DNA of 64,000 bases from an uncultured Flavobacterium sp. (GTDB lineage Bacteria; Bacteroidota; Bacteroidia; Flavobacteriales; Flavobacteriaceae), in assembly GCA_937773775.1 (NCBI GenBank), contig CALJVL010000019.1:40862-104861 (forward strand), given 5' to 3'. The position numbers and the translations under genes were made by a program. The notes below the pieces were generated by a model. That model did no database searches and was not told the origin of the DNA. It saw only the letters and a program-made list of their open reading frames with translations. Position 1 is the stretch's first letter. Every line of letters begins with the position of its first letter. Positions 1 to 11,407 of this stretch are shown piece by piece.

Positions 1-1821
1 AGTCAAAAATTCTCTTAGTGCATTGGCGCGGGCGCGGGTTGTATCTTTCTCGTTTCGAGTGGCTCTATAACTAGGACACATAGTACCACCTGCCGATGCT
101 GGTTTTCTACAATCACCAGAGCCATTGCATTTTTCGGCTGCGCGTAAAACCCCTAAACTATCTGAAAAGTCCTGAATGGTTTTAATATCTGGTTCGACTC
201 TTCCCGCTTCAAAACGAAGATTTTCATCCATTTTTAAAGCATTCACAATTTTTCCCATATTCAAAACTGAATGTGGATCGAAAGCTAACTTAATGCGCTT
301 CAACAATTCGTAGTTTTTGTCTCCAATCATAAAAGGCAAGAATTCTCCACGAACTATACCATCACCATGTTCTCCGCTTAGGGAACCTCTATATTTTTTT
401 ACCAAAACGGCCACTTCGGTAGCAATAGCCCTAAATTGATATAATCCCTCTTTTGTTTTTAGGTTCAAAATAGGTCGCAAATGGATTTCTCCGGCTCCAG
501 CGTGCGCATAATAAATAGCATCCTGACCGTGTTTTTTCATCATAGCAGAAAAGTCGGCAATATAATGGGGTAAATCACTCAATTCAACCGCCGTATCTTC
601 TATAGAATCGGCTGCCTTGTCATCGCCCACAATACTGCCCAAGAGACCGAGACCTGCTCTGCGCAATTCATTTATTTTATCAATGTCTGTACCATATATT
701 TTAGGTCGCGCATAGCCAAAATTATTGTTTTCGAGATCGGCTATCAAAGCATTCGCTTGCTTTTCAGCATCTTCCATACTTAGGTATGAAGCGACTTCCA
801 TCATAAGTACAGCCTTGGGATCACCTTGAATAAAGAATCGGTTTTTAGCTTGTTCTCTGTTGGTTTTTGTACAATTCAAAATGGTATCATCCATCATTTC
901 ACAAGTGTACAAATGATGTTTCATTGCGGTAATTACCGCTTCCAAACTTTCTTGGATACTATGAAAATGGGCTACTACCATCACATTATTTGTGGGCGGC
1001 AAATCATCCACTTTGAGAGTAACTTCAGTCGTAAAAGCCAAAGTACCCTCACTTCCACAAAGTAATTTCCCCACATTTATTGTAAGTTCATTTCCTGAAA
1101 ACAAATCTGATTTTAATAAAGTATCGACTGCATAACCGGTGTTTCTGCGGTGGATTTCAGGTTTTGGAAATTCTTTTTTAATTTCTTCTTGGGTAGCTAA
1201 CACTGAAAGTTCTTCGTATAGTTTCCTGTAAATAGAACTTTCTAAGCTATCTCCTTTTGTCTTTTCAACAAATTCAGTCGAAGTCAATTCCCCAAAAACA
1301 ACTTGGGAGCCGTCACTCAAAACGGCTTTTATCTCCACAATTTTATCTCTAGTAACTCCGTAGCGTATGGACGTAGTTCCGGATGAATTATTTCCTACCA
1401 TACCGCCTATCATGCAGCGGCTAGAAGTCGAGGTATTGGGGCCAAAAAACAAACCATAGGGCTTTAAATAGAGGTTCAACTCATCCCGAATTACTCCCGG
1501 CTGAACCGTAATTGTGCTTTCTTCTTTATTAAAGGAGACAATATTTGTAAAATGTTTAGACACATCGACTATGATTCCATCCCCCACAGTTTGACCCGCT
1601 AAGGACGTTCCTGCTGTTCTCGGGGTCAGCGAAGTTTTGTGCTTTTCGGCAAAATGGACCAACTTTACAATATCCTGATTCGTTTTGGGCAACGCTACTG
1701 CTAAAGGCATTATCCGGTATGCAGAAGCATCTGTCGCATAGAGGGTCTTATGAAGATCATCGTATAAAAGTGTTCCTTCTAATGATTCGGATAACTGCTT
1801 TAATTGATCAGAGTTGGGCAT
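1..1821 (-). CDS. FAD-binding oxidoreductase (FAD-linked oxidase / Fe-S family), partial, runs off window start
   Basis: Not in ORF track; manual translation from ATG at 1821: MPNSDQLKQLSESLEGTLLYDDLHKTLYATDASAY...PRTAGTSLAGQTVGDGIIVD, later HAGAGEIHLRP and LSGEHGDGIVRGEF, typical FAD-linked oxidase motifs. Confidence 0.88.
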   Translation of the reverse strand, partial: MPNSDQLKQLSESLEGTLLYDDLHKTLYATDASAYRIMPLAVALPKTNQDIVKLVHFAEKHKTSLTPRTAGTSLAGQTVGDGIIVDVSKHFTNIVSFNKEESTITVQPGVIRDELNLYLKPYGLFFGPNTSTSSRCMIGGMVGNNSSGTTSIRYGVTRDKIVEIKAVLSDGSQVVFGELTSTEFVEKTKGDSLESSIYRKLYEELSVLATQEEIKKEFPKPEIHRRNTGYAVDTLLKSDLFSGNELTINVGKLLCGSEGTLAFTTEVTLKVDDLPPTNNVMVVAHFHSIQESLEAVITAMKHHLYTCEMMDDTILNCTKTNREQAKNRFFIQGDPKAVLMMEVASYLSMEDAEKQANALIADLENNNFGYARPKIYGTDIDKINELRRAGLGLLGSIVGDDKAADSIEDTAVELSDLPHYIADFSAMMKKHGQDAIYYAHAGAGEIHLRPILNLKTKEGLYQFRAIATEVAVLVKKYRGSLSGEHGDGIVRGEFLPFMIGDKNYELLKRIKLAFDPHSVLNMGKIVNALKMDENLRFEAGRVEPDIKTIQDFSDSLGVLRAAEKCNGSGDCRKPASAGGTMCPSYRATRNEKDTTRARANALREFLT

Positions 1822-2099
1822 GGGTAATAAAATATTATTGAGTGTATTTAGAAAAACTGGCTTACAGTATCATTTGACAAATATAATTATATAGTACATC
1901 ACTATTTCATAATTGAAACAAGAAAGTATCACAAAAAAGCAGAGTCTTTTTTAACGTCTTTGAATTTTAGTAGGTAACGTTTCTCAACATATTCGGCAAA
2001 AAAATTATAATTATAAAGCATAGAAGAAGATTAATACTATTTTGTCTTTTAAACTTCGCTAAAAAAACTATTTTTGAATTCTATAAAAATGCAACAATA

Positions 2100-3677
2100 A
2101 TGAACCGAAACAAATCCATAGTACTACTACTTTCAATTTTTTTATTGCCGTTTTGTATTTTGACGGCACAAGAAAACGCTATGCATCCAAAAAGTGAATT
2201 CAGAGCTGTGTGGATTGCCACAGTTGTGAATATCGACTGGCCAAAAGCGGGCACTGATCCCATTGAAAAGCAGAAAGCGGATTTCATTGAAATTTTAGAT
2301 ACCTACAAAAAACTAAACTATAATGCCGTGATTGTCCAAATCAGAAGTGTAGGAGATGCTTTCTACCCTTCGCAACTGGCTCCATGGTCCAAGTACTTAA
2401 CGGGAAAAGAAGGACAGGCTCCGAGTCCGTATTATGACCCATTGGAATGGATGATTACAGAAACTCATGCCAGAGGTTTTGAATTTCATGCTTGGTTAAA
2501 CCCGTATCGGGCCACGATGGATTTAAACACAGCCGTTTTAAGTCCAACACATGATTTCTACAAGCATCCCGAATGGATGATTAAATATGGCGGGAAGTAT
2601 TACTACAACCCGGCTTTGACTGAGGTTCAAACGCATTTGATAGCGGTCGTTGACGAGGTGGTAAAAAATTATGATATTGATGCGATCCATTTTGATGATT
2701 ATTTCTATCCCTACAAAATAAAAGGAGAAGAGTTTGATGATTCAGAATCTTTCAAGAAATTTAGTGACGGAATGGGTCTGGCTGACTGGAGACGTCTAAA
2801 TGTCAATAATTTTGTAAAATATTGCTCCTATTCTATAAAAAAAATCAAGCCATGGGTTCAATTTGGCATTAGCCCGTTTGGGGTTTGGCGTAACAAATCC
2901 GTAGATCCAAAAGGCTCTGATACCAATTCTGGCCAAACCAATTACGATGATTTGTTTGCCGATCCAATGGCCTGGATGGAACACAGTTGGGTTGACTATA
3001 TACTGCCCCAATTGTACTGGAGTATGGATCATCGCACCGCTTCGTACACAAAGCTATTAAAATGGTGGGCTGAAAACTCAATAAATACTGCAGTCTATAT
3101 CGGAAACGGTAGCTATAAAATCAATACCGACTCTGACAAAAAGTGGCATATTCCTTCTGAAATACCAAACCAGATTGACATAACCCGATCCTACAACAAC
3201 ATTGGAGGAAACGCATTTTTCAGTGCTAAATCATTGTTCAACAGAAACAAAGCCGTCACTGAATTGCTTCTGGAAAACCAATACAAGTATCCGGCACTTC
3301 CTACTGTGGTTCCCAATTTTAGAAAAATAGTAATGGATGTACCTACAGTTTACAAAGTTTCTAATAGCAATGATTCTACAACCTACGCCATCAACTACCC
3401 TATAAAAAGCAAGGTCCGCTACGTTTTGGTCTATGCCGCCAAAAATTCCGCAAAAATGAACGTAAATGACCCAAGCCAAATTATTGACAAGATAGCTTTC
3501 AATGAAAAAAACGGCAAGATTTCTATCGTTATCAAAAATAATAATTCAGAAAAAAACACCAACTACGCTCTTTCATTTATCGATTTCTACGGCAATGAAA
3601 GTGAAGCTACTTTATTACAAACGACAGCAGAAACCAAAACACCCCAAAGTTTTTTAAATAATGGAAACAGACAATAG
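2100..3677 (+). CDS. Glycosyl hydrolase-like family 10 (YddW/DigH-like) secreted protein
   Basis: Signal peptide; EFRAVWIATVVNIDWP, EFHAWLNPYR, IHFDDYFYP motifs. Confidence 0.85.
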   Translation: MNRNKSIVLLLSIFLLPFCILTAQENAMHPKSEFRAVWIATVVNIDWPKAGTDPIEKQKADFIEILDTYKKLNYNAVIVQIRSVGDAFYPSQLAPWSKYLTGKEGQAPSPYYDPLEWMITETHARGFEFHAWLNPYRATMDLNTAVLSPTHDFYKHPEWMIKYGGKYYYNPALTEVQTHLIAVVDEVVKNYDIDAIHFDDYFYPYKIKGEEFDDSESFKKFSDGMGLADWRRLNVNNFVKYCSYSIKKIKPWVQFGISPFGVWRNKSVDPKGSDTNSGQTNYDDLFADPMAWMEHSWVDYILPQLYWSMDHRTASYTKLLKWWAENSINTAVYIGNGSYKINTDSDKKWHIPSEIPNQIDITRSYNNIGGNAFFSAKSLFNRNKAVTELLLENQYKYPALPTVVPNFRKIVMDVPTVYKVSNSNDSTTYAINYPIKSKVRYVLVYAAKNSAKMNVNDPSQIIDKIAFNEKNGKISIVIKNNNSEKNTNYALSFIDFYGNESEATLLQTTAETKTPQSFLNNGNRQ

Positions 3678-4936
3678 ACCCTGGTACTGGATACCATTTT
3701 TAAACTTTGCCTCGGGCCTACCTTACGCTATTATCATTTCAGTTTCGGTAATCATGTACAAAAGTCTTGGAGTCAACAATGAAGATATTGGTGTTTATAC
3801 TAGCTTATTGTATCTTCCTTGGGTGATTAAACCCTTGTGGAGCCCTTTTATTGATCTATATTCGACCAAAAGAAAGTGGTTTTTAGCTATGCAGTTCGTA
3901 ATTTCGATTGCCTTTTTGGTAGTAGGGTTAAGCATTCCGATGAACAACTTTTTTATTATAAGTTTAGCTGTCTTTTGGGTTGCCGCTTTTGCATCGGCCT
4001 CCAATGATGTTGCGAGTGACGGTTTTTATATGTTGGCCTTAGAGAAAGAACAACAATCTTTTTTTCTGGGAATACGCAGTACCTTCTATCGCCTTTCCAT
4101 GCTTACCGGAAATGGTTTAATTGTAATCATAGGTGGTTATTTGGAACAAGAATATGGTGACAAACAGAAAGCATGGTCCTATACTATGATCATTGTTGGC
4201 TTCATAATGGCAGTGCTGACGGTCTACAATTACTTTTCTACCCCAAGGACGGAAACAAAAATTACCAACAAACAAACAGAATCGGGCCCAAAAGTGAGCT
4301 TTGGGGCTGTTTTCTCTAGTTTTTTTCCAAAAGAAACAGATTGGGCTGGCTCTGACATTTATCTTATTGTTCAGGTTGGGTGAATCCCAGCTCTTAAAAA
4401 TGCTTACTCCTTTTCTGATCGATAATCAAGATGTTGGAGGAATGGGTTTGACCACCCAGGATGTCGGGGTAATTTACGGTACCTTTGGTGTAATTTCATT
4501 AACGATAGGAGGAATCATTGGGGGAATTGTAATATCTCGAGACGGATTAGGAAAATGGATGTTACCAATGATTCTGGCTATGCACTTACCCATTGTTGGA
4601 TTCATATTACTTTCTCATTTTCATCCTGAATCAGTTTATTATGTATACGCGACCGTTATTGCGGAACAATTTGGCTATGGTTTTGGTTTTGCCGCCTTTA
4701 TGATGTATTTAATTTATATTGCTGATGGCGAGTCAAAGACCTCCCATTATTCCATTGCCACCGGATTTATGGCTTTAGGAATGATGCTCCCGGGAATGCT
4801 AAGCGGCTTTATTCAGGAGTACTTAGGTTACGGAAACTTCTTTGTTTGGGTATTTGTTGCTACTATCCCTGGGTTGATACTATCACGGTTCCTGATATTC
4901 CCGAAAGAATTTGGAAAAAAATCAGAAAAAAAGTAA
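3661..4936 (+). pseudogene. AmpG-like MFS transporter split by a +1 frameshift (possibly a sequencing error)
   Basis: ORFs 3661-4383 and 4301-4936 are the two halves (LPWVIKPLWSP, ASASNDVASDG; SHYSIATGFM); deleting one T from the T7 run at 4320-4326 restores ...FSSFFQKKQIG. Confidence 0.8.
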
Positions 4937-5120
4937 TTGTGCCATTTAATAAAACTAAATATTTAATTTAGCTACCAAGTCACTTATTTTTTTAAAATCT
5001 GTGTAAAAAAAATGGAAGCAACCGCAACGCTATATTAATTTTAAATCTGTATTCTTGAGGTTGATATTTATCATAGCATAGTTTAGTCAGTGAAACTGCG
5101 ACAAAAAAAACAACATAAAG

Positions 5121-5312
5121 GAACGAGAATGACACGGATTCGCTATCACGAAAACGCAGATGAAACTGATTTTAAATTGTTTGCGCACAATATAAAAATG
5201 TATTTTTCTTTTGACACGGATGCGAAGATTTAAAAACAATATATATTCAAAGATTTTAAAAACCAGTACTTTTCCGCATCTTTACGGATTAAATCCGCTT
5301 CATCCGCGTTCC
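5121..5312. repeat. Intergenic REP/MITE-like imperfect inverted-repeat element
   Basis: Recurrent CACGGAT/CGGATT and ATCCGC motifs; GGAACG at the left end pairs with CGTTCC at the right end. Confidence 0.4.
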
Positions 5313-5334
5313 ATTAGCTACAAAATCGAATAAA

Positions 5335-6933
5335 ATGACATTAGAACAAAAAATAGGTCAATTCTTTTTTCCAGCCGTTTTCATAAACGATACTGAAGAA
5401 AATATTCAGGCAATGGAACAACTCATTAGAGATTATAACATTGGCGGTCTTACGTTTTTTCATAGCAGAGCCAGTGCGGCAGCGAATTATGAAACCAAAA
5501 AGAATGTTATTTTTAATGATAATAGCTATCACCAACTGAAAGACCTGATTGTGCGATATCAAAATTGTGCATCCATTCCTTTGTTAATGAGTATTGATGC
5601 CGAGTGGGGACTGGCAATGCGTGTAGAAAAAACACCCCAATATCCGTATGCGGTTACGCTGGGGGCTCTACCGGACAGCGAATCCCATTTAGTTTACGAA
5701 CTTGGAAGACAAATAGGCTTAGACCTAAAATCAGCAGGGATTAATTATAATTTAGCACCATTGGCCGACATCAACAATAACCCTAATAATCCAGTTATCG
5801 GATATCGTTCTTTTGGTGAAAACAAGGAAAAAGTAGCCCGATTTGCCCTCGAATATTTAAGAGGAATGAGTGATGTGGGAGTTTTGGGCTGCTTAAAACA
5901 TTTTCCCGGTCACGGGAATACTAATGTGGACTCCCATTTGGGTTTGCCCGTTTTAGAAGAAAATCTGGAACAACTATTAGAAAACGAATTGTATCCCTTC
6001 ATCAAAGGAATTGAAAACAATGTCGACTCCATAATGATAGGACATCTAGCAGTTCCAGCTTTAAATGAAGGAAAAGACACCTCGGCTACCTTATCAAAAT
6101 CCGTAATTGAAGACCTTTTGCGAAAGCGATTAGGATATGACGGTCTAGTGATTTCAGATGCGCTGAATATGCATAGTGTTTCCCAACTGTTCGACAAAAA
6201 AGGAGAGTTGGAATGGGAAGCTTTCAATGCTGGTAATGACGTATTGTGCTTTGCGGAAAATGTGCGCGAAGGCATACAGGAAATTTTAAAAAATGCGAGT
6301 CCACTGCGCATTGAAGCCAGTTACTCCCGCTTGATGAAGTGCAAAAAGAAGGCAAATATACTGGACAACCATCAAACTAATCAGGTAGATCTGGATTTTG
6401 AAATGACATCACTTCTGAACATGAAATTAGCGCAGAGTAGCATAACGATGATTAAAGATACTGGCAATAGTGCTATGATTTTTGAGTCCTGCAACAAAGG
6501 AAAATTGGCACTACTGAGCCTTCACAAAAGTATAGATAATCCATTTTTTAATTCTCTAACAGCTGCATTAGAGGCACCATTATTTTCTGTTGACATAATA
6601 GCAAAACAAACCGTGACTTCGATAGAACAAAACCTTAGTTTATTTGATACTGTATTAATTGCTTTATACGTTCCGAAAGTAAAACCTACGAATAATTTTG
6701 AACTTATGCCCGAAGTTTTAGAAGTATTAGATTGTTTATTACAAGCAAAAAAATGTGTGCTCTATGTTTTTGGAAACCCATATGCATTACAGGCCTTACC
6801 TAATTTAAAGTTAGCTGCCGGAATTGTTCAAGTCTATCAAGATTTTATTGAATTTCAAGAGAATGCTGCGGCGCAATTACTAAACAATACTTTATGTGAA
6901 GGGAGTTTACCAGTTCATTTAAATGGAATTTAG
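5335..6933 (+). CDS. Glycoside hydrolase family 3 (beta-N-acetylhexosaminidase, NagZ-like)
   Basis: SIDAEWG, KHFPGHGNTNVDSH and ISDALNM motifs. Confidence 0.88.
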   Translation: MTLEQKIGQFFFPAVFINDTEENIQAMEQLIRDYNIGGLTFFHSRASAAANYETKKNVIFNDNSYHQLKDLIVRYQNCASIPLLMSIDAEWGLAMRVEKTPQYPYAVTLGALPDSESHLVYELGRQIGLDLKSAGINYNLAPLADINNNPNNPVIGYRSFGENKEKVARFALEYLRGMSDVGVLGCLKHFPGHGNTNVDSHLGLPVLEENLEQLLENELYPFIKGIENNVDSIMIGHLAVPALNEGKDTSATLSKSVIEDLLRKRLGYDGLVISDALNMHSVSQLFDKKGELEWEAFNAGNDVLCFAENVREGIQEILKNASPLRIEASYSRLMKCKKKANILDNHQTNQVDLDFEMTSLLNMKLAQSSITMIKDTGNSAMIFESCNKGKLALLSLHKSIDNPFFNSLTAALEAPLFSVDIIAKQTVTSIEQNLSLFDTVLIALYVPKVKPTNNFELMPEVLEVLDCLLQAKKCVLYVFGNPYALQALPNLKLAAGIVQVYQDFIEFQENAAAQLLNNTLCEGSLPVHLNGI

Positions 6934-7168
6934 CAGTATTTAAAAAAACCTTTTCTCCTATTGTTTAAGAATGATTTTGCTTTAGTAAAGGGAAAACCAT
7001 TACAACTTAAATTGAAACCAACTCAAAATCAAATCCTAAGCTTCAAAAGGCTACATTATAAACTGATATTATTTTTCAAAACAGCAGCTGACAATAATTA
7101 ATCTCTAAAATATCACTTTAGGCTTTTAGCCAGTTTTTTATCTATATTGCGATCTCAAACGATATAGC

Positions 7169-8623
7169 ATGGACACCAATATAAAGAGAAACAAAGAATT
7201 ATCGATAACAGAAGCTTTGATTCCCGTCGTGGCACTTATAGCTATGTTAGGTTACAACGTTGCCGTTTATGGAGATGAGGCTTTGAGCGGCAGTAATCAA
7301 TTTGTTCTATTGTTAGGTGCCGCTGTTGCAGCAATTGTCGGTTTTTTCAATAAAGTCAGTTTCACTAAAATGATGGAAGAAGTAGCCGAAAACATTAAAT
7401 CAACGGTAGGCGCAATACTTATATTACTAATGGTTGGCGCATTGGCGGGAACCTGGTTAGTGAGCGGAATAATTCCTTCGATGATCTATTACGGATTGCA
7501 GATTTTAAGTCCTGCGATATTTTTACCAGCCACTTTGATTATCTGTTCGATAATTTCTATCGCCACAGGGAGTTCTTGGACAACAAGTGCCACCGTGGGG
7601 ATTGCCTTAATAGGTGTTGGGGGAGCACTGGGCTTCGATTTAGGAATGGTAGCCGGAGCAGTTATTTCTGGAGCCTATTTCGGAGACAAATTATCTCCGA
7701 TGTCAGACACGACGAATCTTGCCCCTGCTATGGCCGGTACCGATTTGTTTACTCACATCAGATATATGACCTTAACGACGATACCAACTTACCTTATCAC
7801 TCTGATTATATTCATATGTTTAGGCTTATCCGTTGAAATAAATGGAAATGTAGATATTGCTAGTCTTTTATCTGATATTGAAGCTTCATTCACGATTTCG
7901 CCATGGTTATTTTTGGTACCTGTAATCGTAATAGGCTTAATCATCAAAAAAACCGAACCCTTAATTGCACTTTTGGTGGGTACATTACTAGCTGCAATTT
8001 TTTCGATCATATTTCAACCACAAATAATCAATCAAATTGCTGGTGTAGAACAAATGACATTTGAATCTGGTTATAAAGCTGTGATGGATGCAATTACTGG
8101 TAAAGTAGTTATACAAACCGAAAACAAAACACTTGCTGATTTATTTACCTCTGGCGGAATGCAAAAAATGCTAGGAACTATTTGGCTAATTATTTGTGCA
8201 ATGGTTTTCGGAGGAATTATGGATGCAATTGGAGCTTTATCCAGAATAAGCCAGACTCTTTTAAAAATGGCACATACCACTTTTGGATTGTTTGCTTCAA
8301 CAGTGGGAAGCTGTATGGCTTTAAATATTACTGCTTCAGATCAATACTTAGCAATTGTGGTTCCTGGTAAAATGTTTGCTAAAGCCTACGAAGACAAGGG
8401 TCTTGCTCCCGAAAATTTAAGTAGAACATTAGAAGACGCGGGAACGGTAACTTCTGTATTGATTCCATGGAATACTTGCGGTGCCTATCAATCAGGCACA
8501 TTAGGAGTTTCAACAATTGATTATTTACCTTACGCCTTTTTTAACCTTATGAGTCCTTTTATGACGTTAATCTTCGCAGCATTCAACGTTAAAATAAGAC
8601 AATTAGTTACAGATAAAGAATAG
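7169..8623 (+). CDS. nhaC: Na+/H+ antiporter NhaC
   Basis: Polytopic membrane protein with ATGSSWTT, GAYFGDKLSPMSDTTNLA, LSRTLED and LIPWN motifs. Confidence 0.9.
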   Translation: MDTNIKRNKELSITEALIPVVALIAMLGYNVAVYGDEALSGSNQFVLLLGAAVAAIVGFFNKVSFTKMMEEVAENIKSTVGAILILLMVGALAGTWLVSGIIPSMIYYGLQILSPAIFLPATLIICSIISIATGSSWTTSATVGIALIGVGGALGFDLGMVAGAVISGAYFGDKLSPMSDTTNLAPAMAGTDLFTHIRYMTLTTIPTYLITLIIFICLGLSVEINGNVDIASLLSDIEASFTISPWLFLVPVIVIGLIIKKTEPLIALLVGTLLAAIFSIIFQPQIINQIAGVEQMTFESGYKAVMDAITGKVVIQTENKTLADLFTSGGMQKMLGTIWLIICAMVFGGIMDAIGALSRISQTLLKMAHTTFGLFASTVGSCMALNITASDQYLAIVVPGKMFAKAYEDKGLAPENLSRTLEDAGTVTSVLIPWNTCGAYQSGTLGVSTIDYLPYAFFNLMSPFMTLIFAAFNVKIRQLVTDKE

Positions 8624-8815
8624 TAAGAAACCACATAAATAAAATAAACCATAATGTAAAACCATGACTTCATTTAGGTTATAGTTTTTTGTTTTATATC
8701 AATAATTAAAACTTATAATTAGATAAAAATTTATAATTGAAAATGAGATAAAATAGCCTCTCTTATTGTTTAACTTTGCAGCGTAATTGATAAACAAACA
8801 TTAAATAAAATTATT

Positions 8816-9454
8816 ATGTCATTAGTAGGAAAAAAATTCCCAAGTATTGCAGTTGACGCGATCTCAGAAATGGGAGACAACATGAAAATTAACATTTTTG
8901 AAGAAGCTACAAAAAACAACAAAAAAGTTCTTTTGTTTTGGTATCCAAAAGACTTTACCTTCGTTTGTCCTACAGAACTTCACGCTTTTCAAGCTGCATT
9001 ACCTGAATTTGAAAAAAGAAATACAATAGTTATTGGCGCTTCTTGTGATACAAATGAAGTTCACTTTGCTTGGTTAAATACTGCAAAAAACAATGGTGGT
9101 ATCGAAGGCGTTACTTACCCTATCCTTGCTGACACTAACAGAAACTTATCAAACATCTTAGGAATTCTTGATGTTGATTCAACTGAATATAGCGAAGAAA
9201 CGGATTCAATTATAATTGAAGGATCTAACGTTACTTTCAGAGCTACTTATTTGATTGATGAAACCGGGAAGATTTTCCACGAAAGTGTTAACGATATGCC
9301 ATTAGGACGTAACGTGAACGAATACTTACGTATGGTTGATGCTTATACTCATATTCAAGAAAAAGGAGAAGTATGTCCTGCAAACTGGGAAGCAGGAAAA
9401 GAAGCAATGAGTGCAGACAGAAAAAGTACAGCTGAATACTTAAGTTTAAACTAA
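8816..9454 (+). CDS. ahpC: 2-Cys peroxiredoxin (AhpC)
   Basis: YPKDFTFVCPTE and GEVCPANW motifs; TAACTTTG Bacteroidota -7 promoter box at 8771-8778. Confidence 0.92.
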   Translation: MSLVGKKFPSIAVDAISEMGDNMKINIFEEATKNNKKVLLFWYPKDFTFVCPTELHAFQAALPEFEKRNTIVIGASCDTNEVHFAWLNTAKNNGGIEGVTYPILADTNRNLSNILGILDVDSTEYSEETDSIIIEGSNVTFRATYLIDETGKIFHESVNDMPLGRNVNEYLRMVDAYTHIQEKGEVCPANWEAGKEAMSADRKSTAEYLSLN

Positions 9455-9619
9455 TTTCTTAGAGTATAAAAGTTGCAAAGGCATTTAGCTTCAGATTTTT
9501 AATTTTGAAAATTAAGTCTTTTTTGTCAATTTCTTCGCAACTTTATCTCTTTAACCCTTTTTAAAAACCTTTGCAATTTTGTTCCCCTGAACCTTTGCAA
9601 CCAAAAAAAACAAAAACAA

Positions 9620-9928
9620 ATGTTAATAGATTTAACCGAAGATACTTTAGGTGATTTAATATCACAGAATGATAAGGTAGTTGTCCAATTTTCAGCATCT
9701 TGGTGCGGAAACTGTAGAATAATGAAACCAAAATTTAAAAGATTGGCTTCAGATAACGAAACAATTGCTTTTGTACTTATTGATGCTGAAAACTCTCCAG
9801 AATCAAGAAAATTGGCGAATGTAAGTAACCTACCTACTTTTGCCACTTTTGTGAATGGAAAATTGGTAAATGAGACGCAAACAAACAAGCAAGAAGTTCT
9901 AATTGAATTAGTGAGTGAAATTATTTAA
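9620..9928 (+). CDS. Thioredoxin family protein
   Basis: WCGNC active site, 102 aa. Confidence 0.88.
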   Translation: MLIDLTEDTLGDLISQNDKVVVQFSASWCGNCRIMKPKFKRLASDNETIAFVLIDAENSPESRKLANVSNLPTFATFVNGKLVNETQTNKQEVLIELVSEII

Positions 9929-10046
9929 TTTTCTTATTTCAAGTTTAATGTTGACCGAGTTTGCCAACAAGTTTAATTTTAAACTAAAAGCAACATGCCC
10001 AAGCAGCTAAAAACCTTAAACTTTTAAAACTTTAAACTAAAAAAAC

Positions 10047-10304
10047 ATGAAATTACCAGTAATTAAACACTTAACGCAATTCATAGAAGAAAACGACCAA
10101 GATTACATCATTGAAACAATAGATGTTCTGGAGGCGATGACTGAAATTCCTTCATTAAAAGATGAAGAATTAGATGTTATAGGAGAATTAATTTCTAATA
10201 TGTACGGCGCATTAGAGGTACATAAAATGGTCAAAAACGGAACAGATAAGAAAGAAGCGCTAAATACTTTTATGAAACGTGTTTTGAGTTCCATCGACAA
10301 ATAA
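10047..10304 (+). CDS. Conserved small Bacteroidota protein (DUF6952-like)
   Basis: MKLPVIKHL...ELDVIGELISNMYGALEV; recognised from the ahpC-trx context. Confidence 0.7.
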   Translation: MKLPVIKHLTQFIEENDQDYIIETIDVLEAMTEIPSLKDEELDVIGELISNMYGALEVHKMVKNGTDKKEALNTFMKRVLSSIDK

Positions 10305-10332
10305 AAAATAACTTATATTACAGTTCTAGAAT

Positions 10333-10364
10333 AAACGCACTTAGAAATAGCTGCGTTTTTTTTT
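10333..10364 (+). terminator. Probable intrinsic terminator
   Basis: AAACGCA-loop-TGCGTTT followed by a T run. Confidence 0.55.
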
Positions 10365-10505
10365 GCGTCTAAAACGGATTAATTAAAAGTGAGTTGGTTT
10401 GCAATAGTTTGAGGCCAGTTCTAAAGTATCCAACTTATACAGAACTTTCAGGACTAAATCTTAAATAATTTTCATACTTTTGAACTTCAACAAAAAAAAC
10501 AAATT

Positions 10506-11003
10506 ATGGCTTCAATAACATTAGGAGGAAATCCAATAAATACATCAGGTGAATTACCAAAATTAGGTTCTCAACTGGCTGACTTTAAACTGGTACAAAA
10601 CGACCTTTCCATTGCTTCACTAAGCAATTTTGCGGGTAAGAAATTAATCTTAAACATATTTCCAAGTGTTGACACTGGAACTTGCGCTGCATCCGTTAGA
10701 AAATTTAATGAAAGTGCCGTGAATTTGGATAACACCGCAGTATTATGCATTTCAAGAGATTTACCTTTTGCACAAAAGCGCTTTTGCGGTGCTGAAGGAC
10801 TTGAAAACGTAGTTAACTTATCCGATTTTCAAGAAGGAGACTTCGGGAAAACAAATGGTTTGGAAATCGTCGATGGTCCCTTGGCCGGATTACATTCAAG
10901 AGTGCTTATTGTAGCAGATGCGAACGGAACAATTACCTATGTAGAGCAGGTGGCAGAAATTGCAGATGAACCAAATTATGAAGCTGCATTAGCTGCATTA
11001 TAA
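10506..11003 (+). CDS. tpx: Thiol peroxidase Tpx
   Basis: FPSVDTGTCA and ISRDLPFAQKRFC motifs. Confidence 0.93.
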   Translation: MASITLGGNPINTSGELPKLGSQLADFKLVQNDLSIASLSNFAGKKLILNIFPSVDTGTCAASVRKFNESAVNLDNTAVLCISRDLPFAQKRFCGAEGLENVVNLSDFQEGDFGKTNGLEIVDGPLAGLHSRVLIVADANGTITYVEQVAEIADEPNYEAALAAL

Positions 11004-11013
11004 CAGCAAATTA

Positions 11014-11388
11014 ATGGGATTTCAAAAAGATAATGCTTTTTTTACGGGAAGATTAAAAAGTGTATCCTTCGCTTTTAAAGGAGCTGTAAAATTAATCACT
11101 ACTGAACACAGCATAATGGTGCAATTTTCAATTGGAATTTTGTTGACCATTGGTGGTTTCTATTTTGGAATTACTACCACTGAGTGGCTTTTTCAAACGA
11201 TGGCTATTGGCTTAGTAATAAGCATTGAAGGACTGAACACCGCTGTAGAAAAAATAGCCGATTTTATTCATCCCAATTACGATGAAAAAATTGGCTTTAT
11301 AAAAGATATTGCCGCGGGAGCAGTTCTTTTTGCCGCTATAACTGCAGTAATTATAGGCTTAATCATTTACATTCCAAAACTTTCATAG
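11014..11388 (+). CDS. dgkA: Diacylglycerol/undecaprenol kinase family protein
   Basis: EGLNTAVEK and IKDIAAGAV motifs, three TM helices. Confidence 0.85.
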   Translation: MGFQKDNAFFTGRLKSVSFAFKGAVKLITTEHSIMVQFSIGILLTIGGFYFGITTTEWLFQTMAIGLVISIEGLNTAVEKIADFIHPNYDEKIGFIKDIAAGAVLFAAITAVIIGLIIYIPKLS

Positions 11389-11407
11389 GTAATTAGCACA
11401 ATCAAGA

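Noticed and set aside
826..1065. Short ORFs antisense to or nested in long genes (e.g. 826-1065, 5910-6311, 16120-16488, 44912-45163, 61768-62070)
   Set aside because: Shadow frames of well-supported genes with no recognisable motifs
9472..9602. TTGCAAAGG / AACCTTTGCAA repeats between ahpC and thioredoxin
   Set aside because: Short degenerate intergenic repeats; no evidence of a discrete element
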